Origin: a virus
Direction: 5' to 3' (one strand)
Virus record (IMG/VR): IMGVR_UViG_3300036886_000043
Location: 1 to 64,000 of that record
DNA length: 64,000 nucleotides
Shown: piece after piece, positions 28,424 through 37,980 of the stretch
Layout: every line of letters begins with the position of its first letter
Position numbering within the stretch: position 1 is the first letter of the stretch
The notes under the pieces: model-generated
The model's input: the letters and a program-made list of their open reading frames with translations, nothing else
Databases searched by the model: none
What the model was told of the DNA's origin: nothing
Position numbers and translations under genes: made by a program

Positions 28424-29407
28424 ATGCCGGTTATCTTTAGCTCGCCCCTCTTTCCCTTCCAAGTTGGGAGTTCACCATATAATCAGTCATTTTCAACACA
28501 GCTAAATTTCGGCAGTATGCTTCGTGAAGTCACGAACTGGAATCCCAACGTAGACTCCGAAGTAGCCGGCCGAATGATTAACAACCGAATGCGGCAGATC
28601 ATCGACCGGAGATCCTGGTACGCAACCAAAGTCCGCGGCGTAGCCTCAGTGCCAAACATCCAAGTTGGGGGAACCTGTACAGTAACCTACAAAAGCAACA
28701 CAGTGCAGGGAATCGGAACTGCATGGACTCCGACTCTTGTCGGGCTCCAGTTCCGGCAGACGTTCACTCAGCCCTATCAGACAATCACGGCGGTTGACGC
28801 AACAGCACAGACGCTTCAACTGGACACGCCGTACCCCGGCCCCGCGTTCAGTGGGGCATTCTACATCGTTTGCGCCTATTTGACATTTGGAGGAAACGTC
28901 AAGCGTCTTCTTCATGCCAGTAATCAACTCTTCGGATGGCCAATGGAGATCGGAGTAAAACAGGAAGAACTTAACGCAAAAGATCAATGGAGAGCGTCTA
29001 TGGGTTGGGCAACCACGATGGCAACTCTCCCCCCAACTTCAGACGGGCAGTTCCAAGTAGAAGTGTGGCCAACCCCGTATGCGGCACAAACGTTCCCGTT
29101 TGAAGCCTACACAGAGCCGCCGAATATGGTTCTCGATGGAGACTCCCCGCAGGCTTGGATCAGGTCTGACGTTCTTGTTACTGGGGCGATTGCAGACGCA
29201 CTTCTTTACAGGCCAAAACAGAACTCCTACTACGACGTGGCATCAGCAATTCAGATTGCAGCCGGCAAAGCCGCTCAGTTCGAGAAAGACCTTGAGCAGA
29301 TGGAAAACGCCGATGAAGGGCTTGAGCAGCAGGCAGTCCAGTGGGACTATAACGCTGAGTGTCAAGAGAGCAGCGACTTCAGCCTTTGGGGGCAGATGCA
29401 CCGATAG
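28424..29407 (+). CDS. Head-tail adaptor/tail tubular-like protein
   Basis: Position; N-terminal helices, VWPTP, C-terminal helices; inserted beta domain. Confidence 0.55.
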   Translation: MPVIFSSPLFPFQVGSSPYNQSFSTQLNFGSMLREVTNWNPNVDSEVAGRMINNRMRQIIDRRSWYATKVRGVASVPNIQVGGTCTVTYKSNTVQGIGTAWTPTLVGLQFRQTFTQPYQTITAVDATAQTLQLDTPYPGPAFSGAFYIVCAYLTFGGNVKRLLHASNQLFGWPMEIGVKQEELNAKDQWRASMGWATTMATLPPTSDGQFQVEVWPTPYAAQTFPFEAYTEPPNMVLDGDSPQAWIRSDVLVTGAIADALLYRPKQNSYYDVASAIQIAAGKAAQFEKDLEQMENADEGLEQQAVQWDYNAECQESSDFSLWGQMHR

Positions 29408-29467
29408 CGGTTTTTGATTGAAGCCAGCCTGCCTGACAGCGCATAATGATTTTCAAGGGGACGTAGA

Positions 29468-29866
29468 ATGTTCAAAGGGAATTGGCCGTTTGGCGAACGA
29501 CAGGATTCATTCTGCGCGAATCCCCACTGCCGCTGGCATACGGAAGTAAAAGGCGGGAGCTTCTTCCAATCTGATCGGTATCGCGGGATGGTATGTGAAG
29601 ATTGCTTTAACGGCTTCGGGCCGCGTTTGCCGAATCAAGCCAAGAGCGCGTTTGATTTCGTGACGAGCACTATCACCGGCAAGCCGATTCGAGTCAAGAG
29701 TATGCAGCACCTTCAGCGGCTTGAGAAAGAGCACGGATGTTCGAGCGTAGTCCTGAACTGTGATCGGTCGAACTGGGATACACCGAAGAGTCCGAGAGAG
29801 AACTGGCAGCAACCGCCGAGAGAGATTTTACCTCACGGCGTCACAGTAGGGGAGGCAAGGCGATGA
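29468..29866 (+). CDS. Hypothetical Zn-ribbon protein
   Basis: C..P.C..H...CEDC; ITGKPIRVKS...LEKEHG. Confidence 0.55.
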   Translation: MFKGNWPFGERQDSFCANPHCRWHTEVKGGSFFQSDRYRGMVCEDCFNGFGPRLPNQAKSAFDFVTSTITGKPIRVKSMQHLQRLEKEHGCSSVVLNCDRSNWDTPKSPRENWQQPPREILPHGVTVGEARR

Positions 29867-30066
29867 AGAAACAGTCGAAGGAAATGGAAGCGGTGCGGCA
29901 GAGGCGGTATCCGAATGACGTTCTTGGGATGTCGAACTCGATTCCGCGGGATACGGAGTTCGACTTAAAGCCGGCGCCAAGCAGAACTCACTGCGGCTTT
30001 GACGAGTGCGCGTTCGAGTCACCGAAGCCAGGTAACGCGATGTGGGAGGAGAAGAACAGGCCATGA
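29863..30066 (+). CDS. Hypothetical protein
   Basis: ATGA coupling. Confidence 0.5.
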   Translation: MKKQSKEMEAVRQRRYPNDVLGMSNSIPRDTEFDLKPAPSRTHCGFDECAFESPKPGNAMWEEKNRP

Positions 30067-30608
30067 TTAGAACCTGGGGATTTCAAACGCTTACCGGAAG
30101 TGCGCAACCGTGGTTTGGAGATAAACTGTCTGCGGCCTTCAGTAATCTCAAGCAGCCGAACGGATTCTACTTTGTGGCGGTTGCCAATGCGGCCCTGTAT
30201 CAAAACGGGGACCGGATCATTCTCGGAGCCGGCGGATCGGCGGCGACAAACTGCCTGCTTGTCGGAGGAGTCAACACCACCACAAATATCCTGTCTTGTA
30301 CGTCCGAAGGTGACGCTCTGGTATCGGCATGGCCCATCAACACTCCACTTGCGCTCGACATTGCCTGCTATGGAATTATGATTCAGGCGGCTTTGGCAAA
30401 CGCTGGTCCGGTCTACCTTGGTGCTGATTCTACTGTCACAAATGCTGGAGCGGGGTCAGCGTTCTATGAACTTTACAACGTGGCCACTGCTCAACCTAAT
30501 GCGTGGAGTCTCTTTAAGCACGACGGCCAGAATCCTCTCCGCACTACAGAGGGCTGGATTGCAGGAACTTCGGGGCAGAAGTTTGCGGTAGCGGCGTTTA
30601 TCAACTGA
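30063..30608 (+). CDS. Probable virion protein
   Basis: Gly/Ala/Asn-rich beta-type sequence in structural region. Confidence 0.55.
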   Translation: MIRTWGFQTLTGSAQPWFGDKLSAAFSNLKQPNGFYFVAVANAALYQNGDRIILGAGGSAATNCLLVGGVNTTTNILSCTSEGDALVSAWPINTPLALDIACYGIMIQAALANAGPVYLGADSTVTNAGAGSAFYELYNVATAQPNAWSLFKHDGQNPLRTTEGWIAGTSGQKFAVAAFIN

Positions 30609-30629
30609 TTCCAAAATTTGGAGTGACCA

Positions 30630-30842
30630 ATGGCAACGCGACTAGATGCGACATTTGAAGCTAACAGTAAGAGGATGAACCGAAACTCTACTCGGATGTC
30701 CTCAGATACCGCATACAACAAAGGGAAGCCCGCAACCGAAGCTCGATTTACCAGACTGGAGCAATTGAAAAGATTGCCGCGAGGGAAGGCTGCAAGTGAA
30801 ACGTGGCGCCCATCTAAGCGCAGCAAAGACAGCGGGAGGTAG
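30630..30842 (+). CDS. Small basic protein
   Basis: GGAG RBS. Confidence 0.5.
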   Translation: MATRLDATFEANSKRMNRNSTRMSSDTAYNKGKPATEARFTRLEQLKRLPRGKAASETWRPSKRSKDSGR

Positions 30843-30844
30843 CC

Positions 30845-31147
30845 GTGGTTGAAGTTCCTAAGTATACGGACTTCAGCGACCGCTCAGAGTGGAATAAGCC
30901 AAACAGCCCTGCATGGGTCTGTCCAACCCAAGACGGCAAGACACTGAAGCCTGTAATCCGATGCAACTGCGGTCAGTGGTCTGGACTTGGCCTCCATCAC
31001 GTTCACGCCGACGGGACCGTGACGGCATCTTTCTATCACAAAAAAGGAACAAACTACGCAATTGGGGAAGACCCTAACGGCTGCGAGTGGCATGTCTGGT
31101 TGAAATTGCTAGACTACGAAGGCGGCGACTTTCCTCCAAGTGCGTAG
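30845..31147 (+). CDS. Hypothetical Cys/His protein
   Basis: RCNCG...H.V..DGTVT.S...CEWH. Confidence 0.55.
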   Translation: MVEVPKYTDFSDRSEWNKPNSPAWVCPTQDGKTLKPVIRCNCGQWSGLGLHHVHADGTVTASFYHKKGTNYAIGEDPNGCEWHVWLKLLDYEGGDFPPSA

Positions 31148-31160
31148 TCTAAGGTGAATC

Positions 31161-31880
31161 ATGGCACTACTGACGCTGGCGGACCTCAAAACCGATGTTT
31201 GCGGCAGAATCGAAGAAGATCCTAGTTCTCCCGTTTTCTGGAACCTGACCGGCGAGGTCTATCCGGCTATGGTGGACGGGATCTTCGAGGCGTCTCTGAT
31301 TACGGGCGTGGTGCAGCTTACAGGGGTGCAGGTAACGCTGGCGGCTAACCGGACATGGTTTCCCCTGCAAGCCTGTGTCGGCGGCTTAGGGAGCCTACCA
31401 GGGGGCGTTGTAGAGGGCATTGTGGCGCCGTTGAGGATGAAGGCGCCCTACGGGATCAGGAAAACGAGCCTGAAGAGCTTAGACGACATGAATCCCGGCT
31501 GGCAGAAGGAAGCGGCGGGTACGCAGATCATCAGTTGGTTCCCTCTCGGAGTCAGCGGTTTTGGCATCTACCCGCAGTTGAAAGCGGGGCAGAATGTGGT
31601 CATGGACTTCCTCTACAGCCCGATCAACGCGGCGCGGCCGTACACAGGCAACGAGACCATCCCTCTCCAGCAGGAATTCAGCGACCTACTGAGCAAGTAC
31701 GCGGCGGCTCAACTCAGGGCTAAAGAGGCCGGCGCCGAGGCTGAGGAAGCCGATACGGTCTTCCAAGAGTACCTCTCTGAGACGAAGGATTTGAGCCTCT
31801 TCCAACAACGGATAGACAGCCTGGTTTATAGTTCGGCGTATGGCGGCAGGAGCCAGGTGAACCCAAGGACGGCGGTGTAA
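31161..31880 (+). CDS. Adaptor/tail tubular-like protein
   Basis: L.DL...V...IEE...FW; GIYP; YAAA.L..KE. Confidence 0.55.
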   Translation: MALLTLADLKTDVCGRIEEDPSSPVFWNLTGEVYPAMVDGIFEASLITGVVQLTGVQVTLAANRTWFPLQACVGGLGSLPGGVVEGIVAPLRMKAPYGIRKTSLKSLDDMNPGWQKEAAGTQIISWFPLGVSGFGIYPQLKAGQNVVMDFLYSPINAARPYTGNETIPLQQEFSDLLSKYAAAQLRAKEAGAEAEEADTVFQEYLSETKDLSLFQQRIDSLVYSSAYGGRSQVNPRTAV

Positions 31881-32749
31881 TGGCTGCTCCAGTAGTAGGT
31901 GCCGGTTATCTTCGAGTCATAGACCGCTTGCAGGACACGAGCCTTGCTCTGTTCGAGCCGGTAGTCAACCTCCAGTTCCCGGTTACGATAGCCGCTGGAG
32001 TCCAGACAATCGGAGTTGGCGATCCGTCCATTTATGACGGATGCCTATTGGTCGCCGGCGTTACTGGGGGGAATCTTGAGGTCATCACGGTAACAGCTTC
32101 CACAGTAAATTCCTTCACGGCGACCTTCGCCAACGCTCACGCGGCCGGCGAATGGATCAACGGCGCCACGTTCCCGGTACGGTATCCAACGGACCCTCTT
32201 TTTACCCAGGCGGAGATGCTGGCGTATATCAGCAGCGCAACGGATGATTTTCTAACTGACGTTCCTCTAGCCTACAACCTTGCAGATTTGACGGTGAGCC
32301 CGACGCAACAGAACACGCCGCTGCCGGTGGATTCGCTGTTCCCTGTGAGGATTGCATACGAGTCCTACCCGCTGAGGGAGACGAGCCAGAGCAACCTCGA
32401 CAGCATGTTCTACGGCTGGACTCAGGCTCCACTCGACAAGCCGCGAGTGTACTTCAGGGACAAGATCCCGATTCAGAATGTTGGCATCTGGCCGCGGATG
32501 GGGAACACCGTTCCGTTGGAATGTGTCTACGCACAGCGGCAGACGCAGACGATGGGATGGGGGGACGGTTTCCTGGTGCCCGATCCATTCACGGTTGCGA
32601 TCCTGCAAAGAACGCTGTCGTTTGCCTATAGCAAAGACGGCGAGGCCCGTCAACCTGGGCTGGCGAAGTATTGGGCATCGCGCTACCAAATGTCAGTCAA
32701 GATCGCCAAAATGATTTTGGATGTGGTCAACGATCCCCAGATGCAGTAG
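31880..32749 (+). CDS. Adaptor/tail tubular-like protein
   Basis: FTQAEMLAYIS; GIWP; AYSKDGE. Confidence 0.55.
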   Translation: MAAPVVGAGYLRVIDRLQDTSLALFEPVVNLQFPVTIAAGVQTIGVGDPSIYDGCLLVAGVTGGNLEVITVTASTVNSFTATFANAHAAGEWINGATFPVRYPTDPLFTQAEMLAYISSATDDFLTDVPLAYNLADLTVSPTQQNTPLPVDSLFPVRIAYESYPLRETSQSNLDSMFYGWTQAPLDKPRVYFRDKIPIQNVGIWPRMGNTVPLECVYAQRQTQTMGWGDGFLVPDPFTVAILQRTLSFAYSKDGEARQPGLAKYWASRYQMSVKIAKMILDVVNDPQMQ

Positions 32750-32899
32750 CCGAAAATACCCAAAAAGGAGGCCCGGTGGGTAACCGGGCCTTGGAGGATA
32801 GGGATGCAACTAAAAGATATGGGCGGTGTAACGCCCCTATGCACAAAACAATCGTATCACACCTCCACAATTTCCGAAAATAGTAGTTGACAGGTACAA

Positions 32900-33359
32900 G
32901 ACTGTCCAGTACAGTCAGCATCATGTTTGCTAAAGTGTTCTTCCAAATCTTTGAATCATCGATCTCTGATGATTACTTGGTCCGCCATGTGTTTATGGAC
33001 TTGCTCGTACTCTCTGACGAAGATGGCGTCGTCGATAAAACCTCGAAAGCAATATCCCGCATTACCAACGTACCCTTGGAAGTCATAGAGATGGCGGTTG
33101 CCAAACTATGCGCTCCAGATCCACAAAGTCGAACTCCAGACCATGACGGCCGGCGGCTCGTCTTGATTGACGAGAATAGGGATTGGGGATGGAAAATTGT
33201 CAACTATCTGAAATATCGTCAGATACGAGACGAAGAGGCCAGGAGAATCTCCAATCGGTCCTACAAACGAGACCAGCGAGCAAAAGAAAAGGCCGAAGCG
33301 TTACAGTCGTGACATTCAGCATTACGTCCAGTACACGTTGCTGACTGTCCAGTACAGTC
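32900..33359. repeat. 17-bp dyad GACTGT-CCAGT-ACAGTC at 32900-32916 and 33343-33359
   Basis: Two exact copies; the first overlaps the -10 of the promoter TTGACA-17-TACAGT (32887-32915). Confidence 0.8.
32923..33312 (+). CDS. Phage replisome-organizer/replication initiator N-terminal domain protein (short)
   Basis: MFAKVF..IFESS...DEDGVVD...PDPQSRT...GRRL...DWGWKIVNYLKYR. Confidence 0.7.
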   Translation: MFAKVFFQIFESSISDDYLVRHVFMDLLVLSDEDGVVDKTSKAISRITNVPLEVIEMAVAKLCAPDPQSRTPDHDGRRLVLIDENRDWGWKIVNYLKYRQIRDEEARRISNRSYKRDQRAKEKAEALQS

Positions 33360-33532
33360 GGCGGATGTCAGCACAGGAAGAAGCAGAGGAAGAAGCAGAG
33401 GGAGATATAGAATCAGAAGAAGAAAATCCCCCGCAAGGCCGCTACGAAGTAGCGAGACTTGCAAGCTCAGCGCAGCGTAAAAGCCAGTATAGTGAAATAC
33501 GCGAGACACATTAGGAAAAACGGAGGGAAGAA

Positions 33533-33685
33533 ATGAAGGTCCGGGTGATAAACAAGTTCAGCAACAACTACGACAAGGTTGGAATCGCGGACGTAGCCGC
33601 ATGGGATCGAGACGATTTCTGGATTCCTGTAACCATCAACGGGGAAAGACACTTGGTTGCCAAGAGGGATTTGGTGGAAGCGTAG
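33533..33685 (+). CDS. Small hypothetical protein (50 aa)
   Basis: GGAGG RBS. Confidence 0.5.
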   Translation: MKVRVINKFSNNYDKVGIADVAAWDRDDFWIPVTINGERHLVAKRDLVEA

Positions 33686-33763
33686 CCATTCCAAATTTTT
33701 GAATTTGCTACCCTCTTGACGAAAACTGCCAACGTGGTACGCTTGTCAGGTGAAGGGGAATAA

Positions 33764-34069
33764 ATGGCGGCTGTCACGAAGAGTCAAAGACGGGTTCTCG
33801 ACTTCATCAAGGAGTTCATCGAGAAGAGGCAATACTCTCCATCGTTTCAGGAAATCGCGGATGGGCTCGGGCTGAAATCATTAGCAACGGTTTTCAAGCA
33901 CGTTGGGCACCTGAAGAAGAAGGGGCTGTTGAAGGATTCTTTCAATCGTTCGCGGTCTTTGGAGATCGTGGAGCCGGGATCTTTAGAGGCTCGGTTTGTT
34001 CTTAATGCTACCCACTCGCATCTTTGGGACAATGTTGAGAAGTGCTGGTGGGTGAGGGAGAAGCGGTGA
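33764..34069 (+). CDS. LexA-type winged-HTH DNA-binding domain protein, no peptidase domain
   Basis: TKSQRRVLDFI......YSPSFQEIADGLGLKSLATVFKHV..LKKKG. Confidence 0.85.
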   Translation: MAAVTKSQRRVLDFIKEFIEKRQYSPSFQEIADGLGLKSLATVFKHVGHLKKKGLLKDSFNRSRSLEIVEPGSLEARFVLNATHSHLWDNVEKCWWVREKR

Positions 34070-34680
34070 TGAAGAAAATCGATGTGACAGAAGAGCGAGA
34101 ACTGAAGTGGCCGGATGGTTGTGACCGCACGCGGATTCAGGATCGCAAGGGTCAACCGGCATGGAAGAAGAACTTGGCGCAGTACAAGGATGCGCTAGTG
34201 ACGGAATTGGGAAGGCTAGGCGCAACCTCTGTTCTGGTTTGCCGCGGCCCGAATGAGCGACTGGACCCCGGCGTAGCTGTATGGTTCTCAATGGCAACGG
34301 CCGACTTTGGTTGGCAGCAAGGATTAGGCATTGACAATCCCGCCCCGCGCTTGGAGGAGATTGACGCTGCCTTCCGTGAAAAAACGCGCTCTTGTCATCC
34401 TGACCGGCCTGACGGTGGGGACAGTGAACTATTTAAGCGGCTCGTGGACTGGCGCCAACAGGCAAAGGCTTGGGTGATGGGTACTCACGACCAGAAGCAT
34501 GACTACGTGATGGCGATTGACCAGTACACGGAGCAGCGGCTTAATCTGTGCGCCCTGCGTCTGGCCTTCAGTTATATTCGTGGGCTCAAGCGCGTGGGGG
34601 CGCCGGCGATTGTGACGCAGACCCTTGGAGCGTTCCGGGCGAAGTTGACAGGAGGTTCCAGTGCCGCAGCTACAGCTTGA
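34069..34680 (+). CDS. Phage J-domain-containing protein
   Basis: LKWPDG..RT, DPGVAVWF, AFREK...CHPDRPDGG (HPD). Confidence 0.75.
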   Translation: MKKIDVTEERELKWPDGCDRTRIQDRKGQPAWKKNLAQYKDALVTELGRLGATSVLVCRGPNERLDPGVAVWFSMATADFGWQQGLGIDNPAPRLEEIDAAFREKTRSCHPDRPDGGDSELFKRLVDWRQQAKAWVMGTHDQKHDYVMAIDQYTEQRLNLCALRLAFSYIRGLKRVGAPAIVTQTLGAFRAKLTGGSSAAATA

Positions 34681-35119
34681 AGGCCGTGTTGACGATCCCT
34701 ATCAGACCATCGAATCTCTGACGGAAGAACTGAGCCAAAGGGACGCAGAGTTACGTGCCGAGCGCAGAAAGAACGCTGGAGTTGAAGCGGGAGTCCGTGA
34801 CCTGAGAGGGATCCTCGGGCCTCTTTACAAGGCTCTGCGGCTTGTGTTTGGCGAGATCGAGGCGATGGGCGTTACAGATGGTGCGAATGGGGCGGCAAGT
34901 CCGCGAAACAGCGCCGCGTGGGAGCAGTGGAAGCAGCGGCTTGGCGGAGCGACGGCACGGGCAATCGATGCGCTGATGGTGCATGGAGAGATGAATCAGA
35001 CCCAACTCCGCATCATTCTTGGATGCGCTACGCGGACTGTTACGAATGTAGTGGCTGCGTTGAACCAGGCGAAGCTCATTGATAAGAACGGCGGAAAAAT
35101 CAGCCTCAAGCAACTGTGA
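34661..35119 (+). CDS. Coiled-coil plus C-terminal winged-HTH protein
   Basis: HGEMNQTQL...GC...V......L.Q..LI.KNGG. Confidence 0.6.
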   Translation: MPQLQLEGRVDDPYQTIESLTEELSQRDAELRAERRKNAGVEAGVRDLRGILGPLYKALRLVFGEIEAMGVTDGANGAASPRNSAAWEQWKQRLGGATARAIDALMVHGEMNQTQLRIILGCATRTVTNVVAALNQAKLIDKNGGKISLKQL

Positions 35120-35143
35120 TTCCAAATTTTGGAGAGAGTAAGA

Positions 35144-36355
35144 ATGTCGCGCACCCCGGTTCTCATCATTTCCGATAACCCAAACGGATCAACGGGTTTG
35201 GGCATGATTGCGCGAGAGATCGCAACCCGCGTTCAAAAGCACCTGTCTGACGTGTGCTATGTCGGAGTAGCGGGATACGGCGGGGATAACGAGAACAAAT
35301 TGCCTTTTCCTGTCTACCCATTTAGCGAATTGAGGAACTTGACAATCCCATCCTTACCGTGGATTTGGAGGCAGTTCGCCGGCGAACGCAAGGGAATCAT
35401 CATGACGATCTGGAACATTGCATGGCTTCCTTGGTTTGCGAACCCTGAAAATCTTCAAGTGAAAGACCGCAAAGACTTAAAACTCAAAGACTTTCTGATG
35501 TCAGAAAAGTTCAAGCTCTGGTCCTACGTTCCGGTTGATTCCGTGGGTCCGAACGATAGGCTATCGGTGCATGAAGAGAGGATTCTGAAGGGACTGAACA
35601 GGGTTCTGGCATACACGAAGTTCGGAGCCGACGCGATTGACCGAACTCTTGGAAATGATTTAGGGACGACTCCGCACATCTCGCACGGAACGGACCCGTC
35701 GATCTTCTATCCGCGGGACCGCAAGGAAGCCCGGAAGACGCTTTTGAGCCGCATTGGAAGGGGGAACGGCGTTGTATCCGACGACATCATCCTCGTAGGT
35801 ATTTTTGCCACAAACACTCCTCGAAAAGATTGGGCGTTGGGGATTGAAATCTGCGGGCGATTGGTCGAGAAGGGCTATAACATTGGCTTGTTGATTCACG
35901 TCAATGCTATGCAGGGGAACTGGAACCTCACAGAGTTGTGCTTAGGTTTTGGTTTACAGGGCAGGACGATTGAATCAACACGGCCGCTAGACCGCGAAGA
36001 CGTTGCGTGGCTCTATGCGGCTTGCGATGTGACATTGGGCATCGGCTCTGGAGAGGGATGGGGTCTGCCTCTCTCGGAGAGCATGGCGATGGGGGTTCCG
36101 GTTGTGCATGGCCGGTATGCGGGCGGGACCGGGTTCATGCCTGAAGAGTGGACCGTGGAACCCTGCGGGTGGAGATACGAAGGGCCGTTCTCGAACAAGC
36201 GGCCAGTGTTCAATCCCGACGACTGGGCAGAGGTTGTAGGAAAAATCATGATTCCAAACAACAATCCTCGCACATCGTTTCTCGGAAAAGAGTTGATGTG
36301 GAACGTGGTTTGGTCACAGTTTGAGAGGTGGATCAGGGATGGGCTCAATGGATAG
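35144..36355 (+). CDS. Glycosyltransferase, GT-B/GT4-like
   Basis: SDNP..STGLG, HGTD..IFYP, RK, LYAACDV, GEGWGLPLSESMAMGVPVV. Confidence 0.88.
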   Translation: MSRTPVLIISDNPNGSTGLGMIAREIATRVQKHLSDVCYVGVAGYGGDNENKLPFPVYPFSELRNLTIPSLPWIWRQFAGERKGIIMTIWNIAWLPWFANPENLQVKDRKDLKLKDFLMSEKFKLWSYVPVDSVGPNDRLSVHEERILKGLNRVLAYTKFGADAIDRTLGNDLGTTPHISHGTDPSIFYPRDRKEARKTLLSRIGRGNGVVSDDIILVGIFATNTPRKDWALGIEICGRLVEKGYNIGLLIHVNAMQGNWNLTELCLGFGLQGRTIESTRPLDREDVAWLYAACDVTLGIGSGEGWGLPLSESMAMGVPVVHGRYAGGTGFMPEEWTVEPCGWRYEGPFSNKRPVFNPDDWAEVVGKIMIPNNNPRTSFLGKELMWNVVWSQFERWIRDGLNG

Positions 36356-36908
36356 AAACTTCGAGTCTCTTTGGGAGCCAATTGCAGGCATCAAAGGAGA
36401 ATACGCCATCTCCAAGGAATCCTTGCGCTACGTGCATTCCAAAGCAGCCATCCCTCTCAATCCGGTGTTTTTGGAAATAGGCGTCTGTCATGGACGGACC
36501 TTGGCTTTTCTTAGTCAGTGGGCCGCGTCTGTCAGCGGACGAGCCTACGGAATAGATAACTTCCTTATGGTGGAGGGAAGCCTTGAAGGGGTATTTGTAG
36601 AGTTCGAGTCAAGAAAATTGACGAACTGGATAGTCATTGCGTCCGACACGCAGACGGCCCATTGGCGCTTGCCTATTGATCTTCTTATTGTCGATGGTGG
36701 TCACGCCGAAGAAGTTGTTTCAAGAGATATTGAAAAATATCTTCCATTTGTGAAATTCGGTGGGTATGTGTTTTTCCATGATTATGACGACCCTTACACG
36801 CGGGACAGTTGCCATTGGGCGATACGGTACTATGCGGATCAAGCCTGCAAAAAATGGGAAGATTTAGGCGCCAGAGTCGAGGGCCTGAAAGGATGGAGAA
36901 AGCCATGA
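36348..36908 (+). CDS. Class I SAM methyltransferase (Methyltransf_24-like)
   Basis: LEIGVCHGRT, IDLLIVDGGH, GGYVFFHDY. Confidence 0.85.
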   Translation: MDRNFESLWEPIAGIKGEYAISKESLRYVHSKAAIPLNPVFLEIGVCHGRTLAFLSQWAASVSGRAYGIDNFLMVEGSLEGVFVEFESRKLTNWIVIASDTQTAHWRLPIDLLIVDGGHAEEVVSRDIEKYLPFVKFGGYVFFHDYDDPYTRDSCHWAIRYYADQACKKWEDLGARVEGLKGWRKP

Positions 36909-37462
36909 TTCCAATTCCTTATTATCCGAAGTTCTATCGTGTTCCGCTCCGCTTGGCCGATGTCCCTACGGCTTGGGGTCCGAACGAGTCTATCCTCATG
37001 GATATGATTCAGCGGTTCGATATTCCCACAAACAGAGCCCTTGAGTTTGGGGTGGACTATGGGTATTCCGCGTCGGCGCTGGCAAACTACTTCGATGAAG
37101 TAATCGCTGTAGACCACTTCCAGGGAGATCCGCAGACCGGGGAACGGGACAACTTGTATGAGCAGGCTTTGAAGGCCCTTCAGAACTTTCCTAACATTCG
37201 TTTGGTCTGCCAAGACTATCGAGAGTTCATTAAGGTCGATAAAGACGAATACGGACTTATCCATGTAGACATGTTCCACGATTACGAATGTACCTACGGT
37301 GCCGGCCGGTGGGCCGCAGATCATGCCAGGGTAGTGATCTTCCACGATACTGAAGGGTGGGTAGAAGTGAAGGACGCGGCAGGGAAGATTTCTGAGGAGA
37401 CAGGGATGAAGTTCTACAACTACGCCGTGAACTTTGGTCTCGGAATTCTAGTGAGGCAATAA
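36905..37462 (+). CDS. Class I SAM methyltransferase (Methyltransf_24-like)
   Basis: LEFGVDYGYS, VDHF.GD, LIHVD.FH, IFHDT. Confidence 0.8.
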   Translation: MIPIPYYPKFYRVPLRLADVPTAWGPNESILMDMIQRFDIPTNRALEFGVDYGYSASALANYFDEVIAVDHFQGDPQTGERDNLYEQALKALQNFPNIRLVCQDYREFIKVDKDEYGLIHVDMFHDYECTYGAGRWAADHARVVIFHDTEGWVEVKDAAGKISEETGMKFYNYAVNFGLGILVRQ

Positions 37463-37980
37463 TGCACCCCTCGGCGCTGAAGAGCGGAAAGCAGTTTTTC
37501 GAGAAGTACGCCATCCGCGGCTCTATCGTGGAGATCGGAAGTTGCGTGGTCGGTGGGGGGAGCCTTCGGGATGTTTCTCCCGCCGGCTGTAAATATCTTG
37601 GCTTGGATATATGTGAAGGCCCTGGGGTAGACGTGGCGATGCCAGACCCGTACAGCTTTCCTATTCTTGACGGCTGTGCGGATTGTGTGGTTTGCTCCTC
37701 GGTTTTTGAGCATGTTGAGTTCTTTTGGCTGACCTTCTTGGAAATGGTCAGGGTCGTTAAAGTCGGGGGATTGATCTACGCGAACGCCCCAAGTAACGGC
37801 ATAGTTCACGGTTACCCTGTAGACTGTTGGAGGTTTTACCCTGATGCTGGACAGGCTTTGGCAAAATGGGCATTGAGGAGTGGTCTTCCGGTCGAAGTGG
37901 TGGAAACGTGGATAGGTCCGCCCGACGGGGCAGATTCCGCAAGGTGGGAAGACTGGGTGTGCGTGTGGAGGAAACTGTGA
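37462..37980 (+). CDS. SAM methyltransferase (Methyltransf_11-like)
   Basis: VEIGS, YLGLD...GPGVD, VFEH, YPVDCWRFYPD. Confidence 0.85.
   Translation: MHPSALKSGKQFFEKYAIRGSIVEIGSCVVGGGSLRDVSPAGCKYLGLDICEGPGVDVAMPDPYSFPILDGCADCVVCSSVFEHVEFFWLTFLEMVRVVKVGGLIYANAPSNGIVHGYPVDCWRFYPDAGQALAKWALRSGLPVEVVETWIGPPDGADSARWEDWVCVWRKL

Noticed and set aside
33310-33312. Stop-codon reassignment or readthrough
   Set aside because: No suppressor anticodon among the 35 tRNAs, other genes end normally on all three stops, and the family-typical acidic linker is in a different frame.
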